In this document: piece by piece, positions 63,070 through 64,000 of the stretch | Layout: every line of letters starts with the position of its first letter | How positions within the stretch are numbered: position 1 is the stretch's first letter | Origin: Sphingomonadaceae bacterium | GTDB lineage: Bacteria; Pseudomonadota; Alphaproteobacteria; Sphingomonadales; Sphingomonadaceae | DNA length: 64,000 bases | Direction of reading: 5' to 3' | NCBI GenBank assembly: GCA_041621755.1 | Contig: JBFKAE010000002.1 | Span: 3,087-67,086 of the forward strand | Translations under genes and position numbers: made by a program | Notes under the pieces: model-generated | What the model was told of the DNA's origin: nothing | The model's database searches: none | What the model saw: the letters and a program-made list of their open reading frames with translations, nothing else

Positions 63070-64000
63070 ACTCCGCCTTCGATGAAGTGCTGCGCGCAGA
63101 CACGGCCACCCGGACGGGGCTCTATACGGCGACTGCGCAACGCCTCGGCACGACCCCGCAAAACGTCGAGAAGGATTTCTGGGTTTGCTGGACCCTTGAT
63201 GCGCTATTCAACGGGATCGAAGACGGACCCCGCCTGCTGTTCAAGGGCGGAACTTCGCTGTCGAAGGGGTTCGGGTTGATCGAGCGGTTCTCCGAAGACA
63301 TCGACGTGACAGTCTTCCGCGATGATCTCGGCGTGCCCGCGACCATCGCGGAATTGGCTGCACTGAGCCGCAAGAAGCGGGAAGCCGCGCTCGACGCAAT
63401 CAAAGCCGCCTGTGAAACCCATATCAACGGACCAATGAAGGCGCGCCTCGCGCAAATCTGCGCCGACACCTGCGCGCGCGCAGGCCTCGAAGCGCAGTCA
63501 ATTCGGGTCGAGGCCGACGCCCGGGATGGCCAGACCTTGCTCCTGGTATATCCCAGCATCACCCCCGAGGACGCCTACATCGCCAAGTCGGTGAAGATCG
63601 AGTCGGGCGCAAAGTCGGCGCTCGATCCCAATTCGGTCCGAACCATTGTGCCCTACGTCGACGCTGACGCCGTCGACCTCGACCTCGCCGTGCCGGGCGT
63701 AACTGTGGTCGATGCCGAGCGAACCTTCTGGGACAAGGTCGTCATCCTGCATGGCCTGAGGCGATGGTTCGAAATCCGGGGGCAGCTGCGGGGCGACGGT
63801 CAGCGTATTTCTCGCCACTATTACGACCTGTTCCGCCTGCTCCAATCGGAGATCGGCCAAGCGGCCCTGGCAAACCGCGCGCTTGGTGAAGACTGCGTCG
63901 CCCATGCCCGCATGTTCTTCAATCGCCCGGACTTCGATCTGGCGACCGCGCAGGCCCCGACATTTGCCTTGTGCCCGGAGGGAAAGATGACGGATGCCTT
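63066..64000 (+). CDS. abiEii: AbiEii/AbiGii-family nucleotidyltransferase toxin (DUF1814), 3' end beyond window
   Basis: Own translation of the open frame from the ATG at 63066: EKDFWVCWTLDALF...LLFKGGTSLSKGFGLIERFSEDIDVTVF...SRHYYDLFRL, the DUF1814 signature. No stop before 64000. Confidence 0.85.
   Translation, partial: MNSAFDEVLRADTATRTGLYTATAQRLGTTPQNVEKDFWVCWTLDALFNGIEDGPRLLFKGGTSLSKGFGLIERFSEDIDVTVFRDDLGVPATIAELAALSRKKREAALDAIKAACETHINGPMKARLAQICADTCARAGLEAQSIRVEADARDGQTLLLVYPSITPEDAYIAKSVKIESGAKSALDPNSVRTIVPYVDADAVDLDLAVPGVTVVDAERTFWDKVVILHGLRRWFEIRGQLRGDGQRISRHYYDLFRLLQSEIGQAALANRALGEDCVAHARMFFNRPDFDLATAQAPTFALCPEGKMTDA

Noticed and set aside
1-64000. CRISPR arrays, rRNA, tRNA/tmRNA, integrase or att sites
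   Set aside because: Reading both strands, I saw no regularly spaced short direct repeats, no rRNA-like or cloverleaf-like segments, and no tyrosine or serine recombinase ORF. Whether the element is a plasmid or an ICE cannot be decided from this window.

Overview
High-GC segment of a conjugative plasmid or ICE. The proteins look alphaproteobacterial, possibly Sphingomonadales-like, but that taxonomic guess is inference only. Layout: (1) 0.3-11.4 kb is metal/iron cargo: zinc-ribbon protein, SRPBCC protein, two lipoproteins, tandem Usp, ICMT-like methyltransferase, MerR regulator, short CDF exporter, cytochrome c-FTR1 permease, DmeF-like CDF and a TonB-dependent receptor. (2) 11.42-12.28 kb is an intact IS5-family element with a CTAG target duplication, inserted exactly on the receptor stop codon. 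(3) 12.7-35.4 kb is a complete F-type (MPF-F) transfer operon: SLT, traA-L-E-K-B, dsbC-like, traV, traC, trbI, S26 peptidase, traW, traU, trbC, traN, traF, traH, traG. An antisense MazEF-like TA pair interrupts it. (4) 35.4-37.8 kb holds small accessory genes including a DUF4143 ATPase. (5) 37.8-43.5 kb (minus strand) holds the MOBF relaxase-helicase TraI, the coupling protein TraD and an RHH protein, followed by an AT-rich candidate oriT. (6) 43.9-57.9 kb looks like the leading region: an acidic small protein, DUF2493, a TA island (HipBA, RHH-PIN, Phd-ParE) with several partnerless antitoxins, a tail-less SSB, DUF1173 and unknown genes. It also contains unusually long hairpin-rich non-coding stretches. 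(7) 58.1-64.0 kb is a defence island: a CapH/CapP-like regulator pair divergent from a CBASS-like operon (nucleotidyltransferase, E2-like protein, patatin), then AbiEi/AbiEii, which is cut by the window end. No rRNA, tRNA or CRISPR array was recognised by eye. The observations I would follow up first are listed here. First, a roughly 150-nt hairpin-forming element occurs twice upstream of the first two oriT-facing genes and could be an ssDNA promoter. Second, TraG carries a C-terminal LAS/M15-like peptidase motif set, with a small convergent membrane ORF next to it. Third, partnerless antitoxins cluster in the putative leading region. Fourth, the CapH/CapP-regulated short CBASS sits on an element that enters cells as ssDNA. 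All family calls come from reading the ORF translations; no database search was run.
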